Under the pieces are notes generated by a model, which worked only from the letters and a program-made list of their open reading frames with translations, did no database searches and was not told the DNA's origin. DNA of 64,000 nucleotides, taken from assembly GCA_965202585.1 (NCBI GenBank), contig OZ241832.1:30194001-30258000 (forward strand). The letters are read 5' to 3'. This DNA comes from Thalia democratica. Lineage: Eukaryota. The translations under genes were made by a program, and so were the position numbers. Shown piece by piece: positions 1 to 13,235 of the stretch (position 1 is the first letter of the stretch; each line of letters starts with the position of its first letter).

Positions 1-249
1 AAATCAAGGCATTATACTATTAAATTTTCTTAATTAACAAAAAATTAATTTTAAATAAATTACCTACTTTTGTCAAAACCTCGTCTAACAATAGACTTCA
101 AACCACAATCAGATTGTACGTTTTTTATAAGCACGGAGCATTTTGTAATGCAACAGAGCAGCACTATACTCACCGAGACGCGCACAATGGAATACCTCAG
201 CCAAGCCATATTGAACATAACGTGCAAGTTGAGCCAAAACTGCTTTGGT

Positions 250-530
250 TTAAGTTGAACAAACTTTTAGGAGAAGTAAGTTATAAACTCTATGGAAAAT
301 TTTTTGTTCTGAATTAACTTCTACAAGTAAAAAATTTAAATCTCCTATAAGTCCAGACTAGTTTAATCAGCTTTACAAACAAACTGGAACTGTTTGAAAA
401 AAGATTTTAAAAATTATCAATTAAACCAGTTTTCAAGCTTAGCAAACTTAAAGTATCAGTTAATTTAAGATGAAGTAGAAATTTAATCATTCCACTTGAA
501 AGAGCTTAAAATTTATATGGATCAAAGATT
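250..530 (+). pseudogene. Degenerate hAT (Buster/Charlie-type) transposase fragment
   Basis: 280-530 aligns by eye with 60210-60470 (e.g. agctttacaaacaaactggaactg, tcattccacttgaaagagcttaaaatt), which directly follows an LHTEVRWLS hAT motif; stops and frameshifts are present. Confidence 0.5.
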
Positions 531-1386
531 TTAATATTTAAGGTATATTTTTAAACTTTCATATATTTTATTTAATTTTTTCATCATAAAAGAAAATATC
601 CAAGTAATCATATCTGGGTTTTCTTATTTACATACACAACATACATATATGTGTTTTCTTAAATATTGTTCTTAGTTTTGTGAGTTAGACGTGAAAAATT
701 TCATGTAATAACAAACTACGTTGTAATCTTTTGTTAACATTTCTATATTTTTTAAGGTTTAATAACTATTTGTTTAAAATAAGTCAAAAATATTTTTACA
801 AGTTTTGTGCAAGCATTTTTCAAGAATCCTAATTCAATTTTGAAAAGTTTTAGTAAATGTGACAAAGTTGACGATACAAATCCTAAATTTTATAATAATT
901 TTAATTAAGGTGTTTCCTCCAAATGCATTGGGAAATTTACATTGACTGCTCACAAAAAATGCATTAAAGTTGATGATGCAGAAATATATACTTTTTTTTA
1001 ATAATATAAATTCACTTTTGATGAAAACATGTTTCCACCAAGTGTGACGAAATAGGGATCAAGTATGCCAATAAGATTGACCGCATTTTTAAACCATAAC
1101 AAATGTTTGTGTTCCTTTTGATAAAATAACATCAAACAAAGATGCCCTAATCCTAACAAGGAGATTTCTTCAAATTTCCTTTAACATACCATACCACCCA
1201 AATATAATGATATTACATAATAATAAAACAAGTATGAATTACCTTCAAATTCATCTTGCATTCTTAGAGTGAAAATTGATCTTATCATGTTGATTTCTAT
1301 GAAGTGATTTTAGTTAATCTTTTACAATTCATGATAGATAGTTATTAAAAACATTATTTAAAGAATTTTCTGATGATTTTTTTCTG

Positions 1387-2140
1387 ACGATGTGGCGCAA
1401 CTTTAAGCCAAAAGCAACGTAATTTTAAAACAAAATGTGGTAGGACAATAATAATTATTAACAACAAATATTACATAAAGTCCTTGGACGGGAAAATATA
1501 ATACCCTTAGGCTTGACAGCAACAGCACATAAGCATTATAGTGGACAAAAAATTATCGTAATAACTTCGAAGATTGTTTTTTATTTGTTTTGTTCCTAAA
1601 AAAAACAAAGACTTTAAGAACTTGGACAAGAAGAAAAGGCTATTTTGATTCTCAACATAACAGCTTAAACAAGCATGCAAAAGAAAGTTCAGAATCATGC
1701 AGTTCTAAAGATGAGGAAGAAAATATCATATCCTTACCAGTTTCAGAAGAGGAGTGTAAACTTATTTATAGTGAAAACAGTAATTTAACTGGTAAATATA
1801 TTTGATTGACTATAAAAGGTTAAACCGATGTAAGTATGTAATTTGTTTATTTGTTTGTTAATCTTAATAAAGTTTAAATCGAACTTTTCTATTACAATAA
1901 TTGTTATAAAATTACAATAGTAAAAAAAAATTCAAAACAGCATTTTAAAAAGTTAGGAGATAGAAATGAAATAAGATTCCAAACGCTTTTATTGTTTTTA
2001 TTTATCAAAATAGGTCCTACAGCACTAAACTGCACGAAAAAATTAAACGTTGCCACACATACAAGTTTCATAATACTTATTACACGAAAACTAAAGATTT
2101 CAATTAAAACCGAAATTACATAACGTTTTATAAAATAAAT
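1387..2140. repeat. Copy 1 of a locally amplified repeat block (gacgatgtgg...gttcagaatcatgcagttct...gttgccacacatacaagtttca)
   Basis: Close but non-identical copies at ~2550-3560, ~5500-6538 continuing at 9592-9965, ~26770-27790, and partially at 20400-20580. Confidence 0.85.
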
Positions 2141-2549
2141 CTTCATAACATCAGTTTATAATAATAACTTGAAAATAGTTCATTTTAAGATTGCAGATAT
2201 ACATCCAGAAATCAATTACAACCATTTTCTTTTGAAACAGGTTGTATGTGATTACAAAGAATACATAACGAAACTGTTATTAGAGTTCGGAAAACGTATG
2301 CCAACAAATCTACGCTTCATGATGTCTTTTAATGTTGTTAACCAAGTTGGTTATGTTGTTTAGTGTTTAATGAGCTAAATATATTATGATAAAAAAACAT
2401 ATACAGACCGAAAACTGCATGAAATGTTAAAAATAAATGTAATGTAAATATTTAAAGGCTTTAAGAGAGCCACAACCGTACGTAGAGGATTTTTTGGAGT
2501 TGCCTAATGTAAAATATTTGTACTGTTCAAAAAGGCTAATTTGATTGTA

Positions 2550-3560
2550 CACATAACAACTTAAACAAGCATGCAATAGAAAGTTCAGAATCATGCAGTT
2601 CTGAAGATGAGGAAGAAAATATCATATCCCTACCAGTTTCAGAAGAGGAGTGTAAACTTATTTATAGTGAAAACAGTAATTTAGCTGAGAAATGTATTAG
2701 ATTGCCTAAAAATGGTTACACCGATGTAAGCATATTGTTTGTTTATCTTAATAAAGTTTCAATCGAACTTTTCTATTACATTTGTTGTTATAAAATTACA
2801 AAATAGTAAGTAAAACTTAACAAGAATATTTTAAAAAAGTTAGGAGATAGAAATTAAATAAGATTCCAAACGCGTATATTGTTTTTATTTATCAATATAG
2901 CTCCTACAGCACTAAAATGCAGGAAAAAATTAAACATTGTCACACATACAAGTTTCATTATACTTACTACACGAAAAAATAAATAGAATAATGCTTCAAG
3001 CTGACATTGTGTTGCACTGTTAAAGACTGTAATATGAAACGGAAGGAATTGTTAACAAAGAAAAGATTGAACTTCAAAGATTCGGTGTTCCAAATCACAA
3101 AAATACCAATAACAATAGCAGGACTAAACTTAGTCAAAAACAACTTGGTAATAGTTGTATAAAATTGAAATCGTATACATCAATATAAATAAAAAAATTT
3201 AAACGTATCTAAAATAGTAAATTGTTGCTTATTAAACTTATGTTTAGCTAATTATTTTTCGATATATAACAAATTTAAAGCTATTAAAGTTTTGTTATAA
3301 AACATAATTTTACTTACAAAGAAACTATGGAAAAAACATCTGTTAGACGAAAACAGCAACATTGACTTCGTTGCTAGAAAAATGTCAAAATCGGTGAAAA
3401 GAAATGATTTAGATAGAGGCAAACAAAATATATTTTGGAAAAAGTAAAAATAAACTAGATCTTTTCCAAAAACTTAAAATTAAACAATTCTAGTTCTTTA
3501 CATATAAAAAAAGGGATGTAGGGCTCCACTGTCGTCTTAAGAAGGGATAGTTTATATATT
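2550..3560. repeat. Copy 2 of the amplified block
   Basis: Shares catgcaatagaaagttcagaatcatgcag, caagctgacattgtgttgcactgttaaagactg and catctgttagac..aaa.agcaacattgacttcgttgctag with the other copies. Confidence 0.85.
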
Positions 3561-3599
3561 AACTAACAAGCATCTTGGTATTTTGTATGACAACCTTGT

Positions 3600-4010
3600 A
3601 TTGGACAACATTTGGACAACATTGTGTCTTTCAACTTCTTAGGTAAAAATTGCATCCAAATTCATTTAAGTAAAAACTATCAGGATAGTATTGAAAAACA
3701 CAATGAAGAAATGAGAAAAACAGATAAGTATTGACTATTTTGATTGACAGTGTACTTTTTTGTGGTCAACAAGAAATTGCTTTACAAAGGCACAATGAAA
3801 CAGAAAGTTCCTTGAATCTTGGTGACTTTAGGTCTTAGCTTAGATATGCCAGCAAGCTAGATAGTGATCTAGAAAGTCACTTAGAAAAAAGCAAAGCGTT
3901 TTTAGGAGTGTGTGCCACAACACAAAATGAGATTTTGGAATGCGCTTTGAAAGTTTATAGAAGAGAAGTTGTCTCACAAGTAGAACAAGCACATTTTATA
4001 GCAGTCATTG
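3600..4010 (+). pseudogene. hAT transposase fragment, ZMYM1/DUF4371 type
   Basis: Translates across frameshifts as SIEKHNEEMRKNR..LTILIDSVLFCGQQEIALQRHNETESSLNLGDF, matching the family pattern HN..V..NR.IL..IID.V.F.G.Q.LA.RGH.E...S.N.GNF. A duplicate lies at 18040-18450. Confidence 0.7.
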
Positions 4011-4356
4011 ATTTTTTTAACAATATGAAAATACTACCTATGATAAGTACTGGATGATTTAACAGCTTTAAAAGAAAGAATAACTAAATTTAATACCCGT
4101 ATGTCTCAACACTCAAACCGAAAAAAAAACAAGTACATTACTCTTTCAAATAGCAGAAGAGTTACACAAAAAGTTAAAAGGAAAATCGATGTTAAAAGAG
4201 AACAACAAAAACAGAAGTTGTTAGACGAAAGTAAGGCTGAGTTGAAGAAGACTGTTTAAAAAATTGATAAGAACTATTTTGAAAAAACATAATGGTTTCA
4301 AAATAATCAATTTGGTTTTTTAAAGCACCTGTAATATGAAAATATGTTACTAAACA

Positions 4357-4796
4357 GTGTGCTACAACATCCTTGTAGACCCCAACGGGGCGTCGATGGA
4401 CTATAATTGCCACCATAAAGCCAATCACAGTATTAGTTTTGTTAATCCTTTTAACCGTTGGGTTCATACCCAAACAGTAGAAAGGTTTTGGGGAAAACTG
4501 AAGGACCACATAAGTGGTCGTGGCAAAGGGATGAAAATCAAACAAAATGTTTTAAAATATTTGTTTTTAAAAATGCAAAAAATAAACAAGTTTCATCAGT
4601 TGTTAACTGAATGCGAGAAGTCATTCCCGTACGAAGAAGAAGACTAATATTTAATTTTAGCACATTAAAAAAAAACCTGATTTTCAAAACATTGTAAATA
4701 AATAATTAGACACAGTTTTGAAGCTAAATATAATGTTGAGCATATCCACTCTTTTGTCAGTTGTTGCAAAAAGGGGAATAAGCGGGTTATCTTACC
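4357..4796 (+). mobile_element. Merlin (ISXO2/IS1595-like) DDE transposase 3' half with candidate right TIR
   Basis: ORF 4357-4647 has YNCHHKANHSISFVNPFNRWVHTQTVERFWGKLK, the ISXO2 pattern H..VNHS..FV.P..G.HTQ.IE..W...K. About 150 bp after the stop is gcgggttatcttacc (reverse complement begins GGTAAG). Confidence 0.75.
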
Positions 4797-6538
4797 GGAC
4801 AGTAAACAGTGTCATCTGAGTAACAATCATTGAATACACTTTAGTTTAACTACTAAGTTATCTTTTTTTTTTTCTAAACCAACTTTGACTAATAGCGTTT
4901 AATGCTGCTCACCAGGTACATCTATAAAAAAAATATCCTAGCTGTCACATAAGACCATTAAAGACCGTCTCTAAAAATGTATGAGTAGCATTATGTGAGA
5001 TTATGCCTAATATGTCATGCAGTGAAAATTGATTAAGAAAATACAGATGTTGGTCACTCAAAGAAAATAATTGATGCAAAGATCAGTTTTATGGAAAGTT
5101 GACTCGGGTTAAGCTTGCCAAATAATTCCTTTAGGATAACTATAGAAAAATAATTATTGAAAATAATTATAGTAAAAGTGGTTTGGACAATTGTATGTTT
5201 TGCAAGTGTATGCAGATCATACATAAGCAGTTAAAAGAAGATATTGTTTCTACATTTTTTCATTTACAAAAAAATATAACAAAAACTGCATTAGATATAG
5301 CCTCTGGCTCCAAAGAAGTACTAAGTATGTGTGGGATATATTTTAAAAAGTTGTTGCAGATGTAAGTGTTATGTTCTTAAAAAATTTAGATATTAGTTTT
5401 TATTGATAACTATTTCTAGCCACTTGAATAATAGATAATAAATTTAAACTGCTGCTCATTGCAATTGAAGAAAACTCTGGTCACATGAAGTGGTACAAGT
5501 GACGATGTGGCACAACTTTAAATTAAAAAAACAACGTAACTATTATGGTAGTACAATAAATATTACATTTAGTCCTTGGATGGGGAAAATATAATATCCC
5601 TCAGGCTTGACAGCAACAGCACATAAGCATTATAGTGGACCAAAAATTATCGTAAGAATTTCCAAGTTTGTTTTTTATTTTTTTGTTCCCAAAACAAAAC
5701 AATAACTTAAAGAACTTGGACAAGAAGAAAAGGCTATTTTGATACTCAACATAACAACTTAAACAAACATGCAATAGAAAGTTCAGAATCATGCAGTTCT
5801 AAAGATGAGGAAGAAAATATCATATCCCTACCAGTTTCAGAAGAAAAGTGTAAACTTATTTATAGTGAAAACAGTAATTTAACTGGTAAATATATTTGAT
5901 TGACTAAAAATGGTTACACCGTTGTAAGTATGTAGTTTTTTTATTTGTTTGATAATCTTAATAAAGTTTTAAATTTAACTTTTCTATTATAATTGTTGTT
6001 ATAAAATTACAAAATAGTAAGTAAAACTTAAAAAGAACACTTTAAAAAATTAGGCGATAGAAATGAAATAAGATTACAAACGCGTTTATTGTTTTTATTT
6101 ACCAATATAGGTCCTACAGCACTAACCTGCAGGAAAAAATTAAACGTTGCCACACATACAAGTTTCATAATACTTATTACACGAAAAAAGATAAATGCTT
6201 CGAGCTGACATTGTGTTGCACTGTTAAAGACTGTAATGTGAAATGGAAAGGAATTGTTATTAAGAAAAGATTGAACTTCAAAGATTTGGTGTCCCAAATC
6301 ACAAAAATACTAATAAAAATAGGAGGACCAAACTTAGTCAAAAACAATCTGGTAATAGTGGTATAAAATTTAAATCGTAAACATCAATATAAATAACAAC
6401 TTTTTAACTATATCTAAAATAGTAAATTGTTGCTTTAAAACTTGCGTTTACCGAAATATTTTTCGAAATCTAATAAGCTTACTTTAAAACTTTTCAAGAA
6501 ATTTTACTTCAAAAGAAACTATGGAACATCTGTTAGAC

Positions 6539-9500
6539 CAGGGGTCGGCAAACTGCGGCCCGCGGGCCAAATGCGGCCCTCGAAGGGTAAATCTGCGGCC
6601 CGCGGGCACGTTTATTTTTTGAATGGAATGCGGCCCGCGGAAGAAAATTTTATGGCCCGCGAGCATGTAAATGTGGCCCGCTGAGCAAAAAAAAAATTAA
6701 GTTTATATCATTTTGATTTTATGATTAATTTTATTAAATTCGTTTTAAGTCGCTGTTTAACATTTTAAAACAATCAAAAAACTTGACAGTATCAGCTTTA
6801 AAATGTAAAAAAGACAGATTAGCATTCCACCAGGTTTTTTCTCAGTTTCGTCATAACTTTCTTTTTACAACAGCAAATTTAGGTATTTTTTACATTTTTT
6901 TAAAACTAAGTTTCGTTTGTAGACGTTTTATTACTAAAAGTTATATTTGATTGTGCACAAAAACATTTAAATAACATATTAGTAAGAAAAATTGTTTATT
7001 TTATTTTGATTTTTACACATTTTGACATTTTTATAAGTTAATTTAGCACTTTAAACTAATCCCTATGCACACAAATGTACAAAGATGCTCATATTTTAAT
7101 TGGCATACTGACAATTCCTACCCGCGATTATTCCCACCCAATCAAAGCCCAACCGCGCACAATTACCACTCAAAAAGTTTTTAACTTTTATTATTTATTC
7201 CTTTATTTAAATTTTGTTTTTATTTAATATTAAGTTATGTTTTACCATCACTGTTACCCCTAACCCTTGGTTGGTAAGCGGTTATTGGATTTGATTGAGT
7301 GGGAAATGATCGTGGGTTGAAAATTAGCGGTTCCCGTTTTAAACCACATTTTATTTAATACTTAAATTAGATTAAGTTTAATTAATTCATAATTTTCTAA
7401 AATTATTGTTTATACATGTAGTATCTAGGTGTGTAAAGACACATTTAAAACAATACATGATATAAATTAAAATATTTTTTGATAGGTATACATTTTCATT
7501 TTTCAAACAATGTTTTTTTGACAAACTAACTAAATTTTTAAGCACTAATATACACAGTTACTGTTTTTTTGAACTATCTATTTAATACAAACTAAATTTA
7601 GGGATGGTAAATTTACAAGGTTTTTATATTGTTAATCAAAACAGCCAAAATTCAAGCAAATAAACAACTAAAAATTGCCACACACTTAAACTATGACTAT
7701 CTGCAGAATTTCAAATATAAAGTCAATTTAGTAATTTTTTCAGTTTTTGGTTTGAATAAATATTTGTATAATAAAATATAAGGCTAGCTTTTGGTTATTA
7801 GGCAGGCTTTTTTGCTTTATGAGTGGCAAATTAAACTTATGATGTATGTTTTGTTCAATTTACAGTGTTGGTTTAAATTATAATATACATTAAATTTCAA
7901 GTCTTGCAGCTGATAAAATTTGAAATTTGATAAATCTATATAATGGCATACATAAAGGTGTGAACAATAAGTGTTGTTAAAAAATTAGAATTCCGGAAAA
8001 GCTTGGAATTTGAAAGTTTATGCTTAAAAATTCTAGAAAAACCTTGATTTAGAGAATTTGTGAAAAATACTGGAATTTTAAACATCTTTTACGTGTAAAG
8101 TATGAAATTTCGATTTGACAGAAAAAATTTACCATATAGATACTTTTTTTTAAACACATTAAAAGTAGTTTAACAGTTTTATTTAGTATTGCTATATTAC
8201 AAAAGACAGTTTTTTTTTAAATGTAATCTAATTTTATATCAAAAAAAGTAGCAAAAAATTTTACTTTCAAAAACTTTATGTAAGTGCATTGCATCTTTGC
8301 TTTTAAAACGCCTTTACTTATTATTGTGCATTCAAACTAAACCTAGAAACTTTTCTAGAATATCAAAGTCAGTAAAAACACCTCTAATAAAAATTCTCAG
8401 ATGAGCAATATTTGTTGTACCATTTCTCCCATCTTAACAGTTTGATTTTCTAATTTGATTTATGTTGCTTTATAATCTTTAGAGATTTACTAAACACGAA
8501 TTCTTGTTGTCATTGAAGAAATAAACAAAAAAAAATATTACCGCCAACATAAGTTCTTAAAAAAGATTTTAATTCTAAACGGTATCTTCTTTCTGGTAAT
8601 TATTTTTGATACTTTATAACTTGCCTTAAAAGTTTTTTCTGATCAGTCTGTAGAAACTGTATATAATCATTTGCTTTATTAAAACTGACTATAGCTATTT
8701 TTTGCTTTTCGCAATAACTCCTAACTAACGTTTTTTAGTTTTTATAGCTCGTCTTATATTTCACATTTACTCTTTATATACAACATCTTTATTGAAGAAA
8801 AAGAATTGTAATAATTTTCAATAAAAAAATAAGTTTTTCTACTTTATTAATGGCTTAATAAATTTTTAAACTTTGTTAAAAATGTTTAAGAAACTTAATT
8901 TTCCATTCAAGCTGACTTATGATATTATTTTTGCTATATATTTAATTCGCTGTTAATAAACTTCGTTATTTCTTTATTTTGTGACTTTATTTTAAAACGG
9001 GTTGCCAAACATACAATCTAGTTTAAATTTTTTTTTAATTCAAACTAGGTTAAACTTCTTTGAGACATTTAAAAGAAACTCAGATAAACTTTTATTTCAA
9101 ACACTTTTTATAAATCTTCGAATTTTCAGAACAGTTTTTATGACTGTAGTGTAGTTAACTATATGTAATGTTTACTGGTCTACTAATACATTGTGTACTT
9201 TTTATACTGATGAAATTTTAGTTAGGTGTCTGAGCTTGATTAATTGCAAGTTTTTTATTTTCTAAAGTGGAAACCCTGTTAAAAGCTAATTAATTACTAA
9301 TAAGGTACTATAATAGTGTACTCGAGCATTAATTATATTAAAAAAGTACACAGTTAATTAAGTATATTTGTCAATGTAAATTTTACTCCAATATATTATT
9401 TTAATTTTAAAAGGCATTCTATGTGTAGCTAAATATCATTAAAATTAATAAAGTGAACAAAAGTAAAACTTTCTTTAATGCGACTAAAATTAAAATCAAA

Positions 9501-9591
9501 ATATTATTCAAATACCACTAAAACTGCGGCCCGCGAAGATTTTGGAAACTTGAAATTTGGCCCGCGAGCACCAACTGCCTGCCGACCCCTG
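6539..9591. mobile_element. Non-autonomous hAT (Buster/Charlie-like) element, 3,053 bp
   Basis: 12-bp TIR CAGGGGTCGGCA / TGCCGACCCCTG; perfect 8-bp TSD TGTTAGAC (6531-6538, 9592-9599); subterminal GGCCCGCG repeats at both ends; no transposase ORF inside. Confidence 0.95.
7105..7335. repeat. Small GC-richer element with imperfect terminal inverted similarity and an internal taaccc motif, nested in the hAT
   Basis: cccgcgattattcccaccc..aatcaaa at the left versus tttgattgagtgggaaatgatcgtggg at the right; the internal catcactgttacccctaaccc resembles 51025-51050. Confidence 0.4.
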
Positions 9592-10324
9592 TGTTAGACG
9601 AAAAAAGCAACATTGACTTCGTTGCTAGAAAAATGTCAAAATTGGTTAAAAGAAATGACTTAGATAGAGGCAAACAAAACATATTTTGGAAAGAGTAATA
9701 AAAATTGATTTTTTTTTAATTTTCAGTTTAAAATTCTAGTCCACTTCTTTAGAAATGTATATAGAGTTCTAGAGTCCTCAATAAAAGGGATAGTTTATAT
9801 AAAATATACACGCAACTTCGTGATTGAAAACCCATAAGCCTTAAAACAGACTAAAAAATACTATATCTTTTCCAAAAGCTTAAAATTACACAAACTCTAG
9901 TACACTTCTTTAAAAATAAAAGAAAGGAAGGTAGGGCTTCATTGTCGTCTTAAGAAGGGTCAGTTAAGTAAATCTTCTTCAAGTAATGGGAAAAATATAT
10001 AAAAAGTCTTAAGGAAAAATGTTTTCAGGAAAACTATTGGCTTTGTTCAAGTAGGGTGGATAATTCTTTGTAATGTTTTCCATGTTAATTATTTAATACA
10101 GGTGCTAGAAGTAATTTTGTTAAATCAGGTTTTACTAATAATGTTGTATTGCTGTAAGAATTAGGGAATATGAGAGTACTGAGAGTCATATAGATAGTTT
10201 GGTTAGCCTTTAGCTTTTATCCAAATCAGGTATTGAGGAAAGTTTAGGATTTGCTCAGAATAAGTTCATTTCTGATTATAATAAAAAAGTAAAGGAAAAC
10301 TTAGAAGTTTTAAGGAATGTAATA

Positions 10325-10640
10325 ATGGTTATAATTTTTTTAGGTTCTCATGAGTTGCCATTTAGGGGAGATAACAAAGGGGATTTTTCAGTAAACAAGG
10401 GGGTAGTTTTAGACATAATAGATCTCTTGGCAGATGATAGCCCTATAATTAAAGCCGATTTAAATAGTAGCTTAGGTTCAAATTGTAAGTTAACTTTCCC
10501 AGACATCCAAAATGAAGTTAATTCAGGTATATACGAGGAAAGTTATTTTTGAAATAAGTCATGGTAAATATTTAGCAGTGATAGCAGATGAAAGCATTGA
10601 TAATAGTGGCCAAACACAGTTAGTTATTGTTTTTACGTTA
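10325..10640 (+). pseudogene. hAT transposase fragment (DUF4371 region through the first catalytic Asp)
   Basis: FLGSHELPFRGDN...NKGVVLDIIDLLA...LTFPDIQNE, then in another frame YLAVIADESIDNSGQTQLVIVF (the ADE..D.S...QL motif). Confidence 0.75.
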
Positions 10641-10799
10641 CTTATAAAGCTAATAAAAAAAAAACATTTTCGCTCCAATTGATACCAAATCATTAATAAA
10701 AACAGTCAATGAACTGTCCAAATACTTTTAACTTTCCCTTTATGTCGATTCGATAATACTTGGTTTTTAAGTTGAAAGTTTTCAAAGACGCAATAGAGT

Positions 10800-11046
10800 A
10801 CAAGTCATTGGAGGAGTAGGTGTGGTCATTGAAATAGACAAAACCAACTTTACCTCTAAGGCTAAATACAACATGGGAAAAGAAGTAAAAGAGAACACAT
10901 GTGGGCATTCCGAGGAATTGAAAGATACACTGGCCGAAGGTTTTATGTTTTGCTTTTGGTTAGGCGGTACACGGCACATGACAAACCTTGAACCGCTCGT
11001 TGTAAAGCTCATCAGAAAGTGGTCAATAATCATGAACAAATCTTAG
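10800..11046 (+). pseudogene. Merlin/ISXO2 transposase fragment (first catalytic region)
   Basis: GVVIEIDKTNFTSKAKYNMGK resembles the VEIDE..F..RKYNRGR motif; abuts the hAT fragment. Confidence 0.55.
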
Positions 11047-11989
11047 TATGCATAAAATAACATTGAGAACTTATTAAATGCAAATGGGGAATTGATGAAT
11101 TAATTTCACTTAAGGCTTTAAGGGAGCCACAACCGTACATTTAGGATTTTTTGGAGTTGCCTAATGTAAAATATTTGTACTGTTCTGACCACAAGCATGT
11201 TATAATAGATCAATACAAAGGGTTGATGACTTATGACAGTTTGATTGGTTAGTTTAATTGACATTTATAAAGATAGACCGAACTGTTGAATAAAGTCAAC
11301 TGTTACTTTATTATATCTGTCATAAGATATTTATCATCCCTGTTAACTTTTTGGATATGTTAAGGCTGCAAAATTTTACAGTAAATAGTTTTAGTAAAAT
11401 AATAATACTTAGTTGACAGTAAGGATTTTTTTTGTTGTTTTAGTTTCTTTGGTTTAAAAAATTCTTTATTAGATAAAGCTAAATAAGTAAGACAAATGAC
11501 ATCAACAATGACACCAACACTCATTAAAAAAAATTGTGTCACAAAATAGAAAATAATGTTTTCGGAAATAAAAGATACAGTTTAAAAATTTTTGTTGAAA
11601 AGCTGTGAACAAATTTAAACAGGCGACATGTTGATATAAAAAGTATTTCTTTATATATTTATTTATATAGACTTTATCTATGCAAAACGTTTTTAAGCAT
11701 AAAATAAAGAGGGCTAAGAGAAAATTAAATCACAGCAGTAAGATTTAAGCTGCAGAGATGTGGTCTGAGAAGAGAGCTGCAACCCAAGTTATCCAAGATA
11801 AAACTAAAAAAAAATATTACGTTTCACCTTTAAGTAAGTCACGTTCAAGTGACAATAAATCTCAAGTAATTTCTTTTACAAGTCCTTAAATAAGACCACA
11901 ACTACTTTGGATCGAAATACTGTTTTTTATTACATTATTGATCATATCTATGATAAACCAGCTAGCAAATTATAAAAGATTAAGCAACA

Positions 11990-12400
11990 TCTAAATATCT
12001 TTGACACATTAAAAGGAGGTCATTGGCTTAATAGGATATAGTAAATGATTATTTTACTTGATTTGATTAAATGATTTTGAAATAATTCGACAACAGAGCA
12101 AAAATAATTTTGATGGAACAAAGTTAATCAAATCACGATAGTTTCAAACAATGCAACACTGTAAAAGAAGTAAGAATTAAATTTTATCTTAAACTCTACC
12201 ACACAAGCGATTTGACACAATGGAATTTAGATCATGCTGCTGACACACCTCAACAACCAGATGGCAATAATTGTGGAGTTTATGATTGCTAAAAGATAAA
12301 ATGTGTTTCAAGGAGAGAGAAAACTTTTCAGTCTGTCCATCTGATCTTCCAGCTATTGAAAGGGGATGGTGGCAAAGCTTGCTATTGGCTTTCTTTTTTA
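11990..12400 (+). pseudogene. Ulp1/SENP-family (C48) cysteine protease relic
   Basis: IFDTLKGGHWLN...VNDY (the WLND.IIN.Y pattern) and AADTPQQPDGNNCGVYDC (the PQQ.N..DCG catalytic Cys motif); broken by stops and frameshifts. Confidence 0.65.
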
Positions 12401-13094
12401 TAAGAATTGTTAGTAAGGTAAGGTAGATATGCATAGATGACAAAATCCTAAAACACAAAGTCGGAAAAACAATTAAAAACAGAATCTATACTAAAATCAA
12501 AAGTACAATAAAAAAAATTTCAATGTAATGATTCTGCCTACGCCTACCCTCTATTTAAAACACACAAATTGGAAAATTCTAAAATAAGTAAAATTATTTC
12601 ACGCATTTATAAAGTTTCAAACCAGCTGTAAACAAAAAAATAAAAATTTATCAATTTGTTACAATGATAAAAATATATTAACGAGCTCAATCTTTGAATC
12701 TTGGTTCGAAGTTGTAAAACACAGCATTTTTCTGATCATAGGAAACTCAAAAAAAGTAAATTTCTCACTGATATGTCTTACCATTTAAATAGAAAAATAA
12801 TCGAGTATAATACTTTCTCAAATACTAGATTAATACGAGTTAAAGCAATTCAAAGAGAGTTTTGCGATGAAGACTATAAAACTTTGCTAACCATGCATCT
12901 TATGAGCCGCTCATTGTAAACTACATTTGAAAGGGGTAAATAATCATGAGCTACTCATGGTTTGCATACAATAACGTTAAGAATCTAGTAGACTGAAATG
13001 GGGAGTCAATGGATTGCTTTATTACAATTATAAACATCGTATTAGTTTCGTAAGTCCTTTCAACTATTGCGTTTAATTACCTTAAAAAAAATAA

Positions 13095-13235
13095 TTTTTA
13101 ATTAACTATAAAAACTAGTCTTCTTCTTCGTATGGAAATGACTTCCCGCATTCAATAAATAAATGGTAAAAGTTATTGATCTTATGCTTAAAAAGAATCT
13201 AATAACATTTTGTTTCATAACCATGTAATGACACT
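13095..13235 (-). pseudogene. Merlin transposase C-terminal fragment, inverted
   Basis: Reverse complement matches 4530-4660 (gaatgcg.gaagtcatt.cc.tacgaagaagaagacta). Confidence 0.6.

Larger units (their letters stand above)
5500..9965. repeat. Copy 3 of the amplified block, split by the 6539-9591 hAT insertion
   Basis: Sequence before 6539 and after 9591 joins seamlessly to match uninterrupted copies at ~3340-3380 and ~27350-27390. Confidence 0.85.
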
